A DNA stretch of 64,000 nucleotides from the NCBI GenBank assembly GCA_030390025.1, contig CM059431.1, positions 99,016,001 to 99,080,000 on the forward strand, in the 5' to 3' direction. Position 1 is the stretch's first letter, and every line of letters starts with the position of its first letter. The DNA is from Squalus acanthias. Its lineage: Eukaryota. Positions 51,936-63,530 of this stretch are shown piece after piece. The notes below the pieces were generated by a model. It saw only the letters and a program-made list of their open reading frames with translations, did no database searches and was not told the DNA's origin. Position numbers and translations under genes: made by a program.

Positions 51936-52539
51936 ACTTCATAACCTTGACTGCTCCAAAGTGGACCCGAAATTCTCAACTGGCTCTTCAGAGGCCGCTG
52001 TGTAAATCAGTCTAATTCTGCTTGTAGTTTTCGCCAAAACAACTAAGACTGTGAATAAAGGCTGAAGTAAGTATCTAAGTGGCTGCGCACTATCATAAAA
52101 CACCTGATAGCTGCACTGTCTCAGTCTCTGAACCTCTCTCAGTTCTCTGCCTCAGATCTACAGCGATGGAACTGGAAACAAATTAAAAAAAATATTATTT
52201 AAATTATTAATAGTCATGATATAATAGCAGTAACGGACGAGGTTTTGGCGTGTGAGAGCCCCTATCTGCACCTGGCTTTGTCTTAGGCTAGAATTCTTTT
52301 GTAGTTTTCTAAGGCCTGTACTGGTCTCACACTTTCTGAATCATTATTGCCTCAGTACCTGTGCAGTCGAAGGGAATATCTCACACTGAGCCATCAATGC
52401 AAGGTACATGGTGCATGTATATCATGTTCCACCTCGCATGCAAGAGTTACTTAAGATCAACTCTAATAGGATCAAACCCAATTTAAGATGATGTGCAAAA
52501 CCATTTGCTCGATAGTTCCCTTCCCATACTATTATTTTT

Positions 52540-53035
52540 TACATCGAATCTACAGCACAGAAACAGGCCATTCGGCCCAACTGGTCCGTGCCGGTGTTTC
52601 TGCTCCACACGAGCCTCCTCCCACCCCTCTTCATCTCACCCCATCAACATATCCTTCTATTCCTTTCTCCCTCATGTGTTTATCCAGCTTCCCCTTAAAT
52701 GCATCTTTGCTATTCTCCTCAACCACTCCCTGTGGTAGCAAGTTCCACATTCTCACCACTCTCTAGGTAAAGAAGTTTCTCCTGAATTCACTTTTGGATT
52801 TATTAGTGACTATCTCATATTTATGGCCCTAGTTTTGGTCTCTCCCACAAGTGGAAACATCTTCTCTATGTCTACCCTATCAAAACCTTTCAATTTTAAA
52901 GAGCTCTATCGGGTCGCCCCTCAGCCTTCTCTTTTCTAGAGAAAAGAGCCCCAGCCTGTTCAGTCTTCCCTGAGAGTTATAACCGCTCAGTTCTGTTATC
53001 ATCCTTGGAAATCTTTTTTGCACCTTCTCCAATGC
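52540..53035 (-). mobile_element. CR1 3' fragment
   Basis: Reverse complement of the 655-970 subfamily. Confidence 0.8.
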
Positions 53036-53723
53036 ATAATTTTAATGGAATAGGACAATAATTCATCTATCAAGGTACCATTGCTCTAACGTAATTATGA
53101 GGTGGCTTGCCAAGAGAGGTCATGGAGGTGAGTCAACCCCTCAGTTGTAGCCCCATCTCCAACCCACACTCCCTTGAAGTGTGTCTCCCCAGTGGAAGCA
53201 CAGGATTGTTCAATTATACGTTATTATACGAGTCCTTATACGTAAAGCTCGAATGTTTTATTTGTGAAGATCTTGAGACGAAAGAACTTTCATTGCACAA
53301 GCAGCACCAGTCAATGGGAGTTAAACTCCTCTCCCTTTCTTGGGGACTCACAGGAACGCACACCTTCACTCTCTGTTTCTCCTGGAAGGTGAGGTGTGTT
53401 GAGCTGCGCTAAAGGTGAGAGCTGAGCGGCCAGATGGAATTGGAGACATGAGGTGTGGTGAGTGTAGCGAGCTCGGGAGGAACGGGTGACTTTGGACCTC
53501 TGGTTCCCAAAGCTCTCCCCCACTGGGGGTTTTCCTCGCCTCATGTCTGGGTCTGTTGTAGACTCATTGATAGAGATTGATCGCTGTGATTGGTCAACAA
53601 CTCCATTATCGTTGTTGATCGGGCCCATGATCCACCTCCCGACAGTTCTGGCCTGTTGGGGAAGTCCTCACTGCGACCCCTTCCCCCACTCAGGCCTCCG
53701 GCTAATATAACAGATCGGATCCT

Positions 53724-53876
53724 GATGACACCATCAGGACCCGATGACATCATCAGTAGCCGACGACATCATCAGACCCTGATGACATCATCGGTATTCA
53801 ACAACATCATCAGGATCTGACGACATCATCAGGACCCGATGACATCATCGGTATCCGATGACATCATCAGGACCCG
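53724..53876. repeat. 19-bp tandem repeat, about 8 copies
   Basis: Unit gatgacatcatcaggaccc with variants. Confidence 0.85.
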
Positions 53877-54494
53877 ATCTGCATATTTAAAGGACCCCGC
53901 TTCATCCCATTTGCCTGCTCAAAAGAGCAGGTTAACATCATGACGTGATGGTGGGATGGCGGTGGTATCACAGGAGGTAAGTCGCTGCCTTTATTTTAAC
54001 TTTCCCCCCGGCCTGGTTTCCATCAGGCGAAGGGGAGGGGGAGGCGGTGGGGTAATTAAAATCGGGACCTATAAAACCCCGTGCTCCCCGTAACAATGTC
54101 CAACTAAAGTGCATTGAAGGAAGTGAGTCAGGATTGGAGCCCTTCCTTTCGGAGGGTGGGTCCAACTCTGTTTCACCTTGGAGTCAGTTTGGACCTTAGC
54201 CCCCCACCCCTGCCGATTCACACTCTGCAATTTCAGCATCGGGCGTGAAGCCGAATGGGCCTCTCGCTGGGGCTGAACCTGCAGAGCAAACGCAACCCCG
54301 AGAATATTTGGGGCGAAAACTTCGAGCTGTGATAAACGAGGCAGACGAAGCCGATGAAATTAAACACCTTGAGTGAGACTGAATAAAAAATCACTCGGTG
54401 GGAATATTAAACCCGCCCGCACAAACTGCTCCAAAAACTCAAGCTGGCTATGAGAATGGAAGATCTGTTGCGGAGTTTGGGTTTGGTGCATGTA

Positions 54495-55110
54495 CAACAA
54501 CATCAACTGCTTGCATTTATATAGCGCCTTTAATGTTGTAAAACATCCCAAGATGCTTCACAAGGAGTGTAACCAGACAACTTGTGACACCAAGCCACAT
54601 AAGGAGATATTAGGACAGCAGATCAAAAAGAGGAGAGAGAGGTAGAGAGGCGGAGAGGTTTAGGGAGGGAATTCCAGAGCTTGGGGCCGAGGCAGCTGAA
54701 GGCGCGGCCCCCAATGGTGGAGCGATTAAAATCGGGGATGTGCAAGAGTCCAGAATTGGAGGAGCGCAGAGATCTCGGGGGATTGTAGGGCTGGAGGAGG
54801 TTACAGAGATAGGGAGGGGCGAGGCCATGGAGGGATTTGAAGACAAGGATGAGAATTTTAAAATCGAGGTGTTGCCGGACCGGGAGCCAATGTAGGTCAG
54901 CGAGCACAGGGGTGATGGGTGAACGGGACTTGGTGCGAGTTAGGACACGGGGCAGCAGAGTTTTGGATGAGCTGAAGTTTATGTAGGGTGGAAGGTGGGA
55001 GGCCGGCCAGGAGTGCGTTGGAGGTAACAAAAGGCATGGATGAGGGTTTCATCAGCAGATGGACTGAGGCAGGGGCGGAGACGGGCGATGTTACGGAGGT
55101 GGAATTAGGC
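54495..55110 (-). mobile_element. L2-clade LINE 3' fragment
   Basis: PITPVLADLHWLPVRQHLDFKILILVFKSLHGLAPPYL...GGRAFS...LWNSLP; tail ggcgctatataaatgcaag+(ttg)n. Confidence 0.88.
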
Positions 55111-55224
55111 AGTCTAAGAGTAGGAAATAGCATCAAGACACCTTTAGGAGGAAAAGTCCTTGGGGGGACATTTTGACTTTAGCTGATAGCCACCAATAGA
55201 AACTAAAATAGGGAGAGGTGTTTA

Positions 55225-56410
55225 AGGGCCCTGATGAGACCACACCTGGAGTACTGTGTACAGTTTTGGTCTCCTTACCTAAGGAAGGACATACTTGCCA
55301 TAGAGGGAGTGCAATGAAGGTTCACCAGACTGATTCCTGGGATGGGGGGATTGTCCTATGAGGAGAGATTGAGTAGACTAGGCCTATATTCTCTGGAGTT
55401 TAGAAGAATGAGAGGTGATCTCATTGAAACATACAAAATTCTTACAGGACTTGACAGGGTAGATGCAGGGCGGATGTTTTCCCTGGCTGGGGAGTCTCGA
55501 ACCAGGGTCACAGTATCAGAATAAGGGGTCGGCCATTTAAGACTGAGATGAGGAGAAATTTCTTCACTCAGAGGGTGGTGAATCTTTGTGGAATTCTCTA
55601 CCCCAGAGGGCTGTGGAGATTCAATCGTTGAGTATATTCAAGGCTGAGATCGGTAGATTTTTGGATATTAAGGGAATCAAGGGATATGGAGATAGTGTAG
55701 GAAAGTGGAGTTGAGGTAGAAGATCAGCCATGATCTTATTGAATGGCGGAGCAGGCTCGAGGGGCCGAATGGCCGACTCCTGCTCCTAATTCTTATGTTC
55801 TTACGTTTTTAACGGGAGGCAGAGCTGATATCACATATTTGACATTATTATTTAAAGCCAAAATGACCCGCTTGTGATCTCTCCCTTTTTGAGGGCTTAA
55901 TTCTAAACCTTTATTAATCACTGATTCGGCCTCAGCTGGAGTATTGAACGGTCCCAGGGATGAGGGACTTCAGTTACGTGGAGAGACTGGAGAAGCTGGG
56001 GTTGTTCTCCTTAGAGCAGAGAAGGTTAAGGGGAGATTTAATAGAGGTGTTCAAAATCATGAAGGGTTTTGCTGGAATAAATAAGGAGAAACTGTGTCCA
56101 GTGGCAGGAGGGTCGGTAACCAGAGGACACAGATTGAAGGTCATTGGCAAAAGAACCAGAGGGGAGATGAGGAGAATTTATTTTATGCAGCGAGTTGTTG
56201 TGATCTGGAATGCGCTGCCTGAAAGGGCGGTGGAAGCAGATTCAATAGTAACTTTCAAAAGGGAATTGGATAAATACTTGAAAAGGAAAAATTTGCAGGG
56301 CTATGGGGAGAGAGCAGGGGGGAGTGGGACTAATTGGAGAGCTCTTTCAAAGAGCCGGCACAGGCACGATGGGCCGAATGGCCTCCTCCTGTGCTGTATC
56401 ATTCTCTGAT
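55225..56410 (+). mobile_element. Two tandem CR1 3' fragments (~55225-55803 and ~55900-56410)
   Basis: ORFs 55342-55524 and 55960-56409 are CR1 ORF2 C-termini with different tails. Confidence 0.85.
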
Positions 56411-56515
56411 TCAATGCATGGAGCACAGCAGCAGAAGGAGGAAGAAATACATTGCTTTGACTTTCAAATCTACGTTCTCTAGAATCACTGATATAATGAA
56501 AACGTCCAGACTTAC

Positions 56516-56568
56516 ATGGCACTCGTTCCTTCGACAGGTTTCACCAGGTTGTATGCTTTCTAGGGGTT
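56516..56568 (-). CDS. BTLA: BTLA-like gene, juxtamembrane cytoplasmic exon (53 nt, phase 1-0), EPLESIQPGETCRRNECH
   Basis: catttttctag|AACCCC...TGCCAT|gtaagt; 113-nt intron after the TM exon; supplies exactly the phase change needed to join the terminal exon. Confidence 0.8.
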
Positions 56569-56681
56569 CTAGAAAAATGTTGGAAAGGCCGGTTATGCAT
56601 CAATGCAAGAGGAAGCATAATTGAAAATAAGGTTTTTATTAAATGAAAATGGAGGCAATGCCGATTGCGCTGGAGTCTCAC

Positions 56682-56822
56682 CCTTAAAGTTTCTGATGCA
56701 AAAATATGTGATCATGACAAGAAATAGAACGGCACCCACTATTCCCACGACAATAATACTGTAAAAAATCCAATCCGGGGTACTGTTAGTCGTAAAATTC
56801 ATTGTGGCGGTTGCTGCAGTCA
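56682..56822 (-). CDS. BTLA: BTLA-like gene, transmembrane exon (141 nt, phase 1-1)
   Basis: tgttttgtgttttgcag|TG...AAG G|gtgaga; encodes VTAATATMNFTTNSTPDWIFYSIIVVGIVGAVLFLVMITYFCIRNFK (Thr-rich stalk, hydrophobic helix, Cys, basic stop-transfer). Confidence 0.85.
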
Positions 56823-56857
56823 CTGCAAAACACAAAACATACAGAGTTTATAGCACG

Positions 56858-57212
56858 GCAGGGTCGATGCTGAGAGGATGTTTCCCCCTGGCTGGAGAGT
56901 CTAGAACCGGGGGTCATAGTCTCAGGATAAGGGGTCGGCCATTTAGGACTGAGATGATGAGGAATTTCTTCACTCAGAGGGTGGTGAATCTTTGGAATTC
57001 TCTACCCCAGAGGGCTGTGGATGCTGAGTCTTTGAGTATATTCAAGACCGAGATCAATAGATTTTTGGACTCTCGGGGAATCAAGGGGATATGGGGACAG
57101 TGCAGGAAAGTGGAGATGAGGTCGAAGATCAGCCATGATCTTATTGAATGGCGGAGCAGGCTCAAGGGGCCGAATGGCCGACACCATGCTCCTAGTTCTT
57201 ATGTTCTTATGT
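56858..57212 (+). mobile_element. CR1 3' fragment ~35 bp from the TM exon acceptor
   Basis: FPLAGESRT...NFFTQRVVNLWNSLP; ttcttatg tail. Confidence 0.85.
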
Positions 57213-57282
57213 ACGTGTTGAGCAGAAATGCATTCTGCCCCCCCCCCCCGCCAACCATGTTATCATTTTCAAACATCGTCAC

Positions 57283-57592
57283 AAAGAAAGACTTGCATTT
57301 CTACAGCGCCTTTCACGACCTCAGGACGTCCCAAAGCATTTCACAGCCAATGAAGTACTTTTTGAAGTGTAGTCACTGTTGTAAGGTAGGAAACGCGGCA
57401 GCCAATTTGCGCACAGCAAGATCCCACAAACAGCAATGTGATAATCGACCGGATAATCTGTTTAAGGGATGCTGGTTGAGGGATAAATATCGGCCAGGAC
57501 ACCGGGGAGAACTCCCCTGCTCTTCTTTGAAACAGTGCCCGTGGGATCTTTTATGTCCACCTGAATGGGCAGACGGGGCCTCGGTTTAACGG
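57283..57592 (-). mobile_element. 5'-truncated Deu-domain SINE
   Basis: Family match on minus. Confidence 0.85.
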
Positions 57593-57999
57593 CTAAATTC
57601 TGATAAGAAACCATTCCCCTTAATCTTGATTTAGGTGTGCAGTTTCAGTCCTGGAAATAAAAGAGAGTAAGTGTTGGAAATCGGGACTCACCCATCTGGT
57701 GTCTGATCTGAGCTCCCAGTGGGTGAAGCTGCCTGCAGGCTCCACACATCTTACTCTTAAATGTAAGCTTGTAGCCAACAGACTGGCAGAGATTCCAACA
57801 TCTGAATGCTCAACATAGTCTACACTTCCTGGGTGCACTAGTGTTTAATCAAGGGGTAGCCTGTTCAAAATAAATGGGTTTAATCTGGTACCAAACACAC
57901 TGGCAGTAAAGTAATGGGAGCGCAGTCCGTGTTTGTAGGTGAAGTTTACCAATCAGAACTTCTACCCAAGACATTCAATCAAAATGACTCAACCTTTGA

Positions 58000-58222
58000 A
58001 CCATGCCATCCTGACTTGGAAATATATCGGCCAATCCCTCATCGTCGTTGGGTCAAAATCCTGGAACTCCCTCCCTAACAGCGCTGTGGGAGCACCTTCA
58101 CCACACGGACTGCAGCGGTTCAAGGCGGCGGCTCACCACCACCTTCTCAAAGGGCAATTAGGGATGGGCAATAAATGCCGGCCTCGCCAGTGACGCCCAC
58201 ATCCCGAGAATGAATTTGAAAA
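58000..58222 (+). mobile_element. 3' tail of the 30779-34675 LINE family
   Basis: Matches 34460-34670. Confidence 0.8.
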
Positions 58223-58627
58223 ATCATGGATAATTTATTTTTCCCTTCAATTGCTCCCCTCCTCTTCTGAAGATGGTGATACATCCTGGAGAACAACTCC
58301 AATTAGCTCCACCAAGCTCCCAACACCTCTCGCAATTGTCCATTCTTCATTTGTGAAGGTCAGCTTCTGTTCAGCCATCAGAGAATTGGCAGCTGAACCC
58401 ACTGCACAAGGAGGCTTTCCTGTTGTCACAAAGGGGTCATATTTACAAACTAAGGGCATAAAAACAAAAGAGGAAATGCAGGAGGAACATTTTTACTGAA
58501 AGGGTGGTGAGGATGTGGAACAGATTCTGGCACAGGTGGTGGAACATGAAATCTCAATGGGTTTCAAGAAGGACAAAATTGAGAGGTCGCACAACACCAG
58601 GTTATAGTCCAACAGTTTTATTTGAAA

Positions 58628-58669
58628 TCACAAGCTTTCGGAGCTATCGATTGCTCCTTCCTCAGGTGA
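58628..58669 (-). ncRNA. Minimal type I hammerhead ribozyme motif in a presumed second Penelope-like pLTR (~58585-58672)
   Basis: UCAC-CUGAGGA-A-GGAGC[AAUCGAUA]GCUCC-GAAA-GC-UU-GUGA: core boxes, stem I and stem II all present. Confidence 0.7.
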
Positions 58670-58929
58670 AGTAAATTAGATACAGAATCGCCAAAGCATA
58701 TATAGATAGAGAACAAAGCATGTGTACCTTACAATTGCAGACCACTAAATTAAATCATCCTGACTATCTGCCGAGGTGTGATAAAGTTAATCAAGTCAGC
58801 CAGGAAGGTACCACATCAAAGACATTTCAAGAAGGAACCAGACAGGTTCTGGTCAATAAATGGGATTCAGGATTATTAGAAATGTGCCAAGGGAACACCG
58901 TGGTTAGAAAATAATGCTTCAAAAATAAT

Positions 58930-60250
58930 AATAGGATTGGGCAGAGTCAACACGGATTTATGAAAGGGAAATCGTGTTTGACAAATCTGTTAGAGATTTT
59001 TGAGGTTGTAACTAGCAGAATAGATAAGGGGGAACCAGTGGATGTGGTGTATTTGGATTTTCAGAAGGCATACGATAAGGTGCCACACAAGAGGCTATTA
59101 AACAAAATTAGGGCTCCTGGGATTGGGGGTAATATACTAGCATGGATTGAGGATTGGTTAACGGACAGAAAACAGAGAGTAGGAATAAACGGGTCATTTT
59201 CGGGTTGGCAGGCTGGAACTAGTGGGGTTACCACAAGGATCAGTGCTTGGGCCTCAGCTATTCACAATCTATATCAATGATTTGGATGAGGGGACCAAAT
59301 GTGATATATCCAAGTTTGCTGATGATACAAAGCTAGGTTAGAATGTAAGTTGTGAGGAGGATTCAAGGAGGCTTCAAGGGGATATAGACAGGCTAAGTGA
59401 GCGGGCAAGAACATGGCAAATGGATATAATGTGGAGAAATGTGAAGTTATCCACTTTGGTAGGAAAAATAGAAAAGCAGAGTATTTTTTAAATGGTGAGA
59501 GATTGGGAAATGTTGGTGTTCAGAGGGACCTGAGTGTCCTTGTACACGAATTGCTGAAAGTTAACATGCAAGTACAGCAAGCAATTAGGAAAGCAAATGG
59601 TATGTTGGCCTTTATTACAAGAGGATTTGAGTATAAGAGTAAAGATGTCTTACTGCAATTATATAGGGCCCTGGTGAGACCACACCTGGAGTATTGTGTA
59701 CAGTTTTGGTCTCCTTACCTAAGGAAGGATATACTTGCCATAGAGGGAGTGCAACGAAGGTTCACCAGACTGGTTCCTGGGATGGGGGGGATTGTCCTAT
59801 GAGGAGAGATTGAATAGACTAGGCCTATATTCTCTAGAGTTTAGAAGAATGAGAGGTGATCTCATTGAAACATATCGAATTCTTACAGGGCTTGACAGGG
59901 TAGATGCAGGGAGGATGTTTCCCCTGGCTGGGGAGTCTAGAACCAGGGGTCACAGTCTCAGAATGAGGGGTCGGCCATTCAGGACTGAGATGAGGAGAAA
60001 TTTCTTCACTCAGAGGGTGGTGAATCTTTGGAATTCTCTACCCCAGAGGGCTGTGGAGGCTCAGTCGTTGAGTATATTCAAGACAGAGATCGATAGATTT
60101 TTGAATATTACGGGAATCAAGGGATATGGGGATAGTGCAAGAAAGTGGAGATGAGGTAGAAGATCAGCCATGATCTTATTGAATGGCGGAGCAGGCTTGA
60201 GGGGCCGAATGGCCGACTCCTGCTCCTATTTCTTATGTTCTTATGTTCTT
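58930..60250 (+). mobile_element. CR1 RT to 3' end fragment with frameshifts
   Basis: [41 protein letters not shown]; ttcttatg tail. Confidence 0.92.
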
Positions 60251-60867
60251 AGATGGGCCGAAGGTCTTCTCCTGCCTGAAACTGGTACTATGGCTGCATA
60301 TCATATATTGTAAAGTGTCTGCTCTTTCGTTCTTAGTGGATTTATGTGCAAAAAAAGCAAACCAGTATCCTTCCCAAAGAGGGTGATGATGATAGTTATA
60401 TTCTCTCCTTCTTCCCAGATGGGTATGGTCTCTTTTGGTTCTTGTGAATTATGTTAGCCAGCTGGCTAAGGTGCTAAAACATCAAACCCTGTGTTTTGTT
60501 GGTGTTCATGGGATGGAATCCTGCAGATTGACCTCATCCCTCAGATTCGGCGTCAGGAACTGTTTGCAGGGAGCTTTCCCATGACATTCGCAGCAAAGTG
60601 ATATTGATATTATTTTATAAATTCGTAAAAATTAGTGTGGCTCCTTTGGAGAGAATCTAGTCTGAGGCTCCCTCACACACAGCATAACTCTATAAGCAGA
60701 ATTTCAAGGTGTGAGAATGTTGAGGTGTTACCTTGTAAAGGAGCAACAGATCGACCTCCGCTAATGTTGAGATCTTTTCTTTCTTGAACTGTTTGAACCC
60801 CTTGCCCTTACAACGAGGCTAAGTTTCCCCACACCTCCCACCGTGGTAAATCTTAAGATCCTATCGG

Positions 60868-61460
60868 AACATAGGCTATTCAGCCCCTCGAGCCTGTTCC
60901 ACCATTCAATGAGATCATGGCTGATCTGTATCTCAACTCCATCTACTCGCCTTAGTTCCGTAACCCTTAATACTCTTACCCAACAAAAATCTATCGATCT
61001 CAGTTTTGAAATTTTCAATCGACCCCCCCAGTCTCAACAGCTTTTTAGGGAGGAGAGTTCCAGATTTCCGCTACCCTTTGTGTGAAGAAGTGCTTCCTGA
61101 CATCACCCCTGAACGGCCTGGCTCTAATTTTAAGGTGACGCCCCCTTGTTCTGGACTCCCCCCACCAGAGGAAATAGTTTCTCTCTCTCCACCCGATCGA
61201 ATCCTTTAATCACCTTAAACACCTCGATTAGATCACCCCTTAATCTTCTATACTTGAGGGAATACAAGCCCAGTCTGTGCAACCTGTCCTCATAATTTAA
61301 CCCTTTTAGCTCCGGTGTCATTCTGGTGAATCTGCGCTCCCCCCCACTCCAAGGCCAATATATCCTTCCTGAGGTGTGGGGCCCAGAACTGAACACAGTG
61401 TCCAGATGGGGTCTGACCAGAGCTTTATATAAACTGCAACATAACTTCCACCCCTTTGAG
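60868..61460 (-). mobile_element. CR1 3' fragment
   Basis: LYKALVRPHL...LGLYSLKYRRLRGDLIEVFK. Confidence 0.85.
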
Positions 61461-61787
61461 ATAAAAACTAACACCTCAAGGAATTCTACCATTTCTGGTT
61501 ACAATGGATTATTGTTCTCATGTTGCTAAGCAACAGAACACACAGCCAATAGCAATGGAGACAGCGTCTAGTGTTGATGACAGCATCGATTGCGGTGAAG
61601 ATCATTGTAACTTGATTGATGTCTCATTTCATGAGAATCCTGATTGTTTAGAGTAAGGGATGTGTAACGAGTAAGCAATTCATATGCTTCTTACTGGAAA
61701 CGCGCTGTAGGTTGTATTGACTTAGCACAGAAGAAAAAAACACAAGTACCAGTTGTTGCCACTAAGAAAAAACAGCTAAGGACTCAC

Positions 61788-61823
61788 CAGTGGTGCTGTT
61801 CCCATCAAAGTGCCCCGTTGATT
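61788..61823 (-). CDS. BTLA: BTLA-like gene, 36-nt stalk micro-exon (phase 1-1), (E)STGHFDGNSTT
   Basis: Minus strand tttatctatttctctag|AATCAACG...ACCACTG|gtgagtc: good pyrimidine tract, consensus donor, in frame with the TM exon, N-glycosylation sequon NST. Confidence 0.65.
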
Positions 61824-62073
61824 CTAGAGAAATAGATAAATGTAGATTCAAACACATTATCTTGAATTGTGGGATATGATATGGCCTTTTTCACCTCTAC
61901 CACTGTGCAGACCTGCATCGACCTGATCCCCAACCCCTGAACACAAAAACCAGATCAGCAAGTCGGCCAAAAGAAACACTTAGACAGCACAGCAACACCT
62001 GGAGTTAATCAGGGGTTACGGAAGTCCACTAATATATATATGAACCGAAGATGCTGATTCTGAATTCACTTTA

Positions 62074-62790
62074 CAGCCCGTCCACCACCTTAAACATTCA
62101 CTCCCTCCCGTCTGCTCTCTCAGGGGGAACGTAAAAGATCCCATGGCACTATTTTAAAGAAGAGCGGGCGGGGGGGGAGTTCTCCCCGGTATCCTGGGGC
62201 CAATATTTATCCCTCAATCAACATAACAAAAACAGATTATCTGGTCATTGTCACATTGCTGTTTGTGGGAGCTTGCTGTGCGCAAATTGGCTGGCGCGTT
62301 TCCTACATTACAACAGTGACTACACTTCAAAAGTACTTCATTGGCTGTAAAGCGCTTTGAGACGTCCGGTGGTCGTGAAAGGCGCTATATAAATGCAAGT
62401 CTTTCTTTCTTCTTTCTTTCTTTCCACCACCGGTGCACCGTGGCTGCAGTGTGTACCATCTACAAGATGCACAGCAGCAACTCGCCAAGGCTTCTTTGGC
62501 AGCACCTCCCAAACCCGCGACCTCTACCACCTGGAAGGACAAGGGCAGCAGGTGCATGGGAACAGCACCACCTCCAAGTTCCCCTCCAACCTGACTTAGA
62601 AATATATCGGCCGTTCCTTCATCGTCGCTGGGTCAAAATCCTGGAACTCCCTCCCTAACAGCACTGTGGGAGCACCTTCACCACACGGACTGCAGCGGTT
62701 CAAGAAGGCGGCTCACCACCACCTTCTCAAGGGCAACTAGGGATGGGCAATAAATGCCGGCCTTGCCAGCGACGCCCACATCCTGAAGAA
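62074..62790 (+). mobile_element. LINE 3' fragment (30779-34675 family) interrupted by a 5'-truncated SINE at ~62109-62423
   Basis: cattcactccctcc | SINE | tccaccaccggtgc rejoins to the sequence seen intact at 26490-26510. Confidence 0.85.
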
Positions 62791-63530
62791 TTATTAAAAC
62801 AAAAAAAATCTCACCCTTGCACCAGAAAGTTTGCCCGAAGTAAAGAGCATGGATACGGACTTAAAGGGCCCAAATTTTAGATCCTTTGATGATATATCTG
62901 AACCTTTAAGAATCTAAATTAATCTGGACCCTTGTCCATAGTTACTTTAATATTCTGTGGCTGTGACCGGTTATCATGCGAGTATCACTCATTGTGATAT
63001 CATCGGGCTTAGCGTCAAATAAAGAATCCATTCTGATGTAACAATTAGTGGATAGAAATACAGGAAGAGAAGCAAGAAAAAGGCAGATTCTGAGTAACAC
63101 TCTATTGAAATAGAAACGTTACAAGGAGGGGGGAGTAGCCCTTTTAATTTCCGCTCCCCGCCCCTGCCATGTGGAGCAACGTGTCATGTCCCGCCTTCAT
63201 TGGCAGCCACCTGGAGTCTTTCTAGTTTCTAGCCTCAATACTGAAGAAAAACTCTCAGCTGATGTGTGAGTAAATGTCTCTCTGCCTGGCAGCACTGGAC
63301 AAGGCAGAAGCCTTCAAGGGTCCAGAGGCCAATACTGGTGCTGGCAGCATTTTCAAGATCATCTGATCCTTACTCAAGTCAGCACGATGTCACTGCAACA
63401 GAAATGACATGGGTGTTTCCCCCTCAGTATCCAGGAGTGATCCTTCTTTAGAATAGTCGAACAAACATATGAAGGCTTCATTTTGCCGCAAGGCCATTTG
63501 TCCCAATGCAGCTCTTCTGCTCACAGTTTC

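Noticed and set aside
52103..52172. Possible extra cytoplasmic exon of the BTLA-like gene (good acceptor ttgtttccag on minus)
   Set aside because: Only the phase 2 frame is open and the donor is weak; incompatible with the phase 0-0 slot.
57692..57735. Strong donor GG|gtgagt on minus between the stalk and TM exons
   Set aside because: No pyrimidine-rich acceptor giving a phase 1-1 exon.
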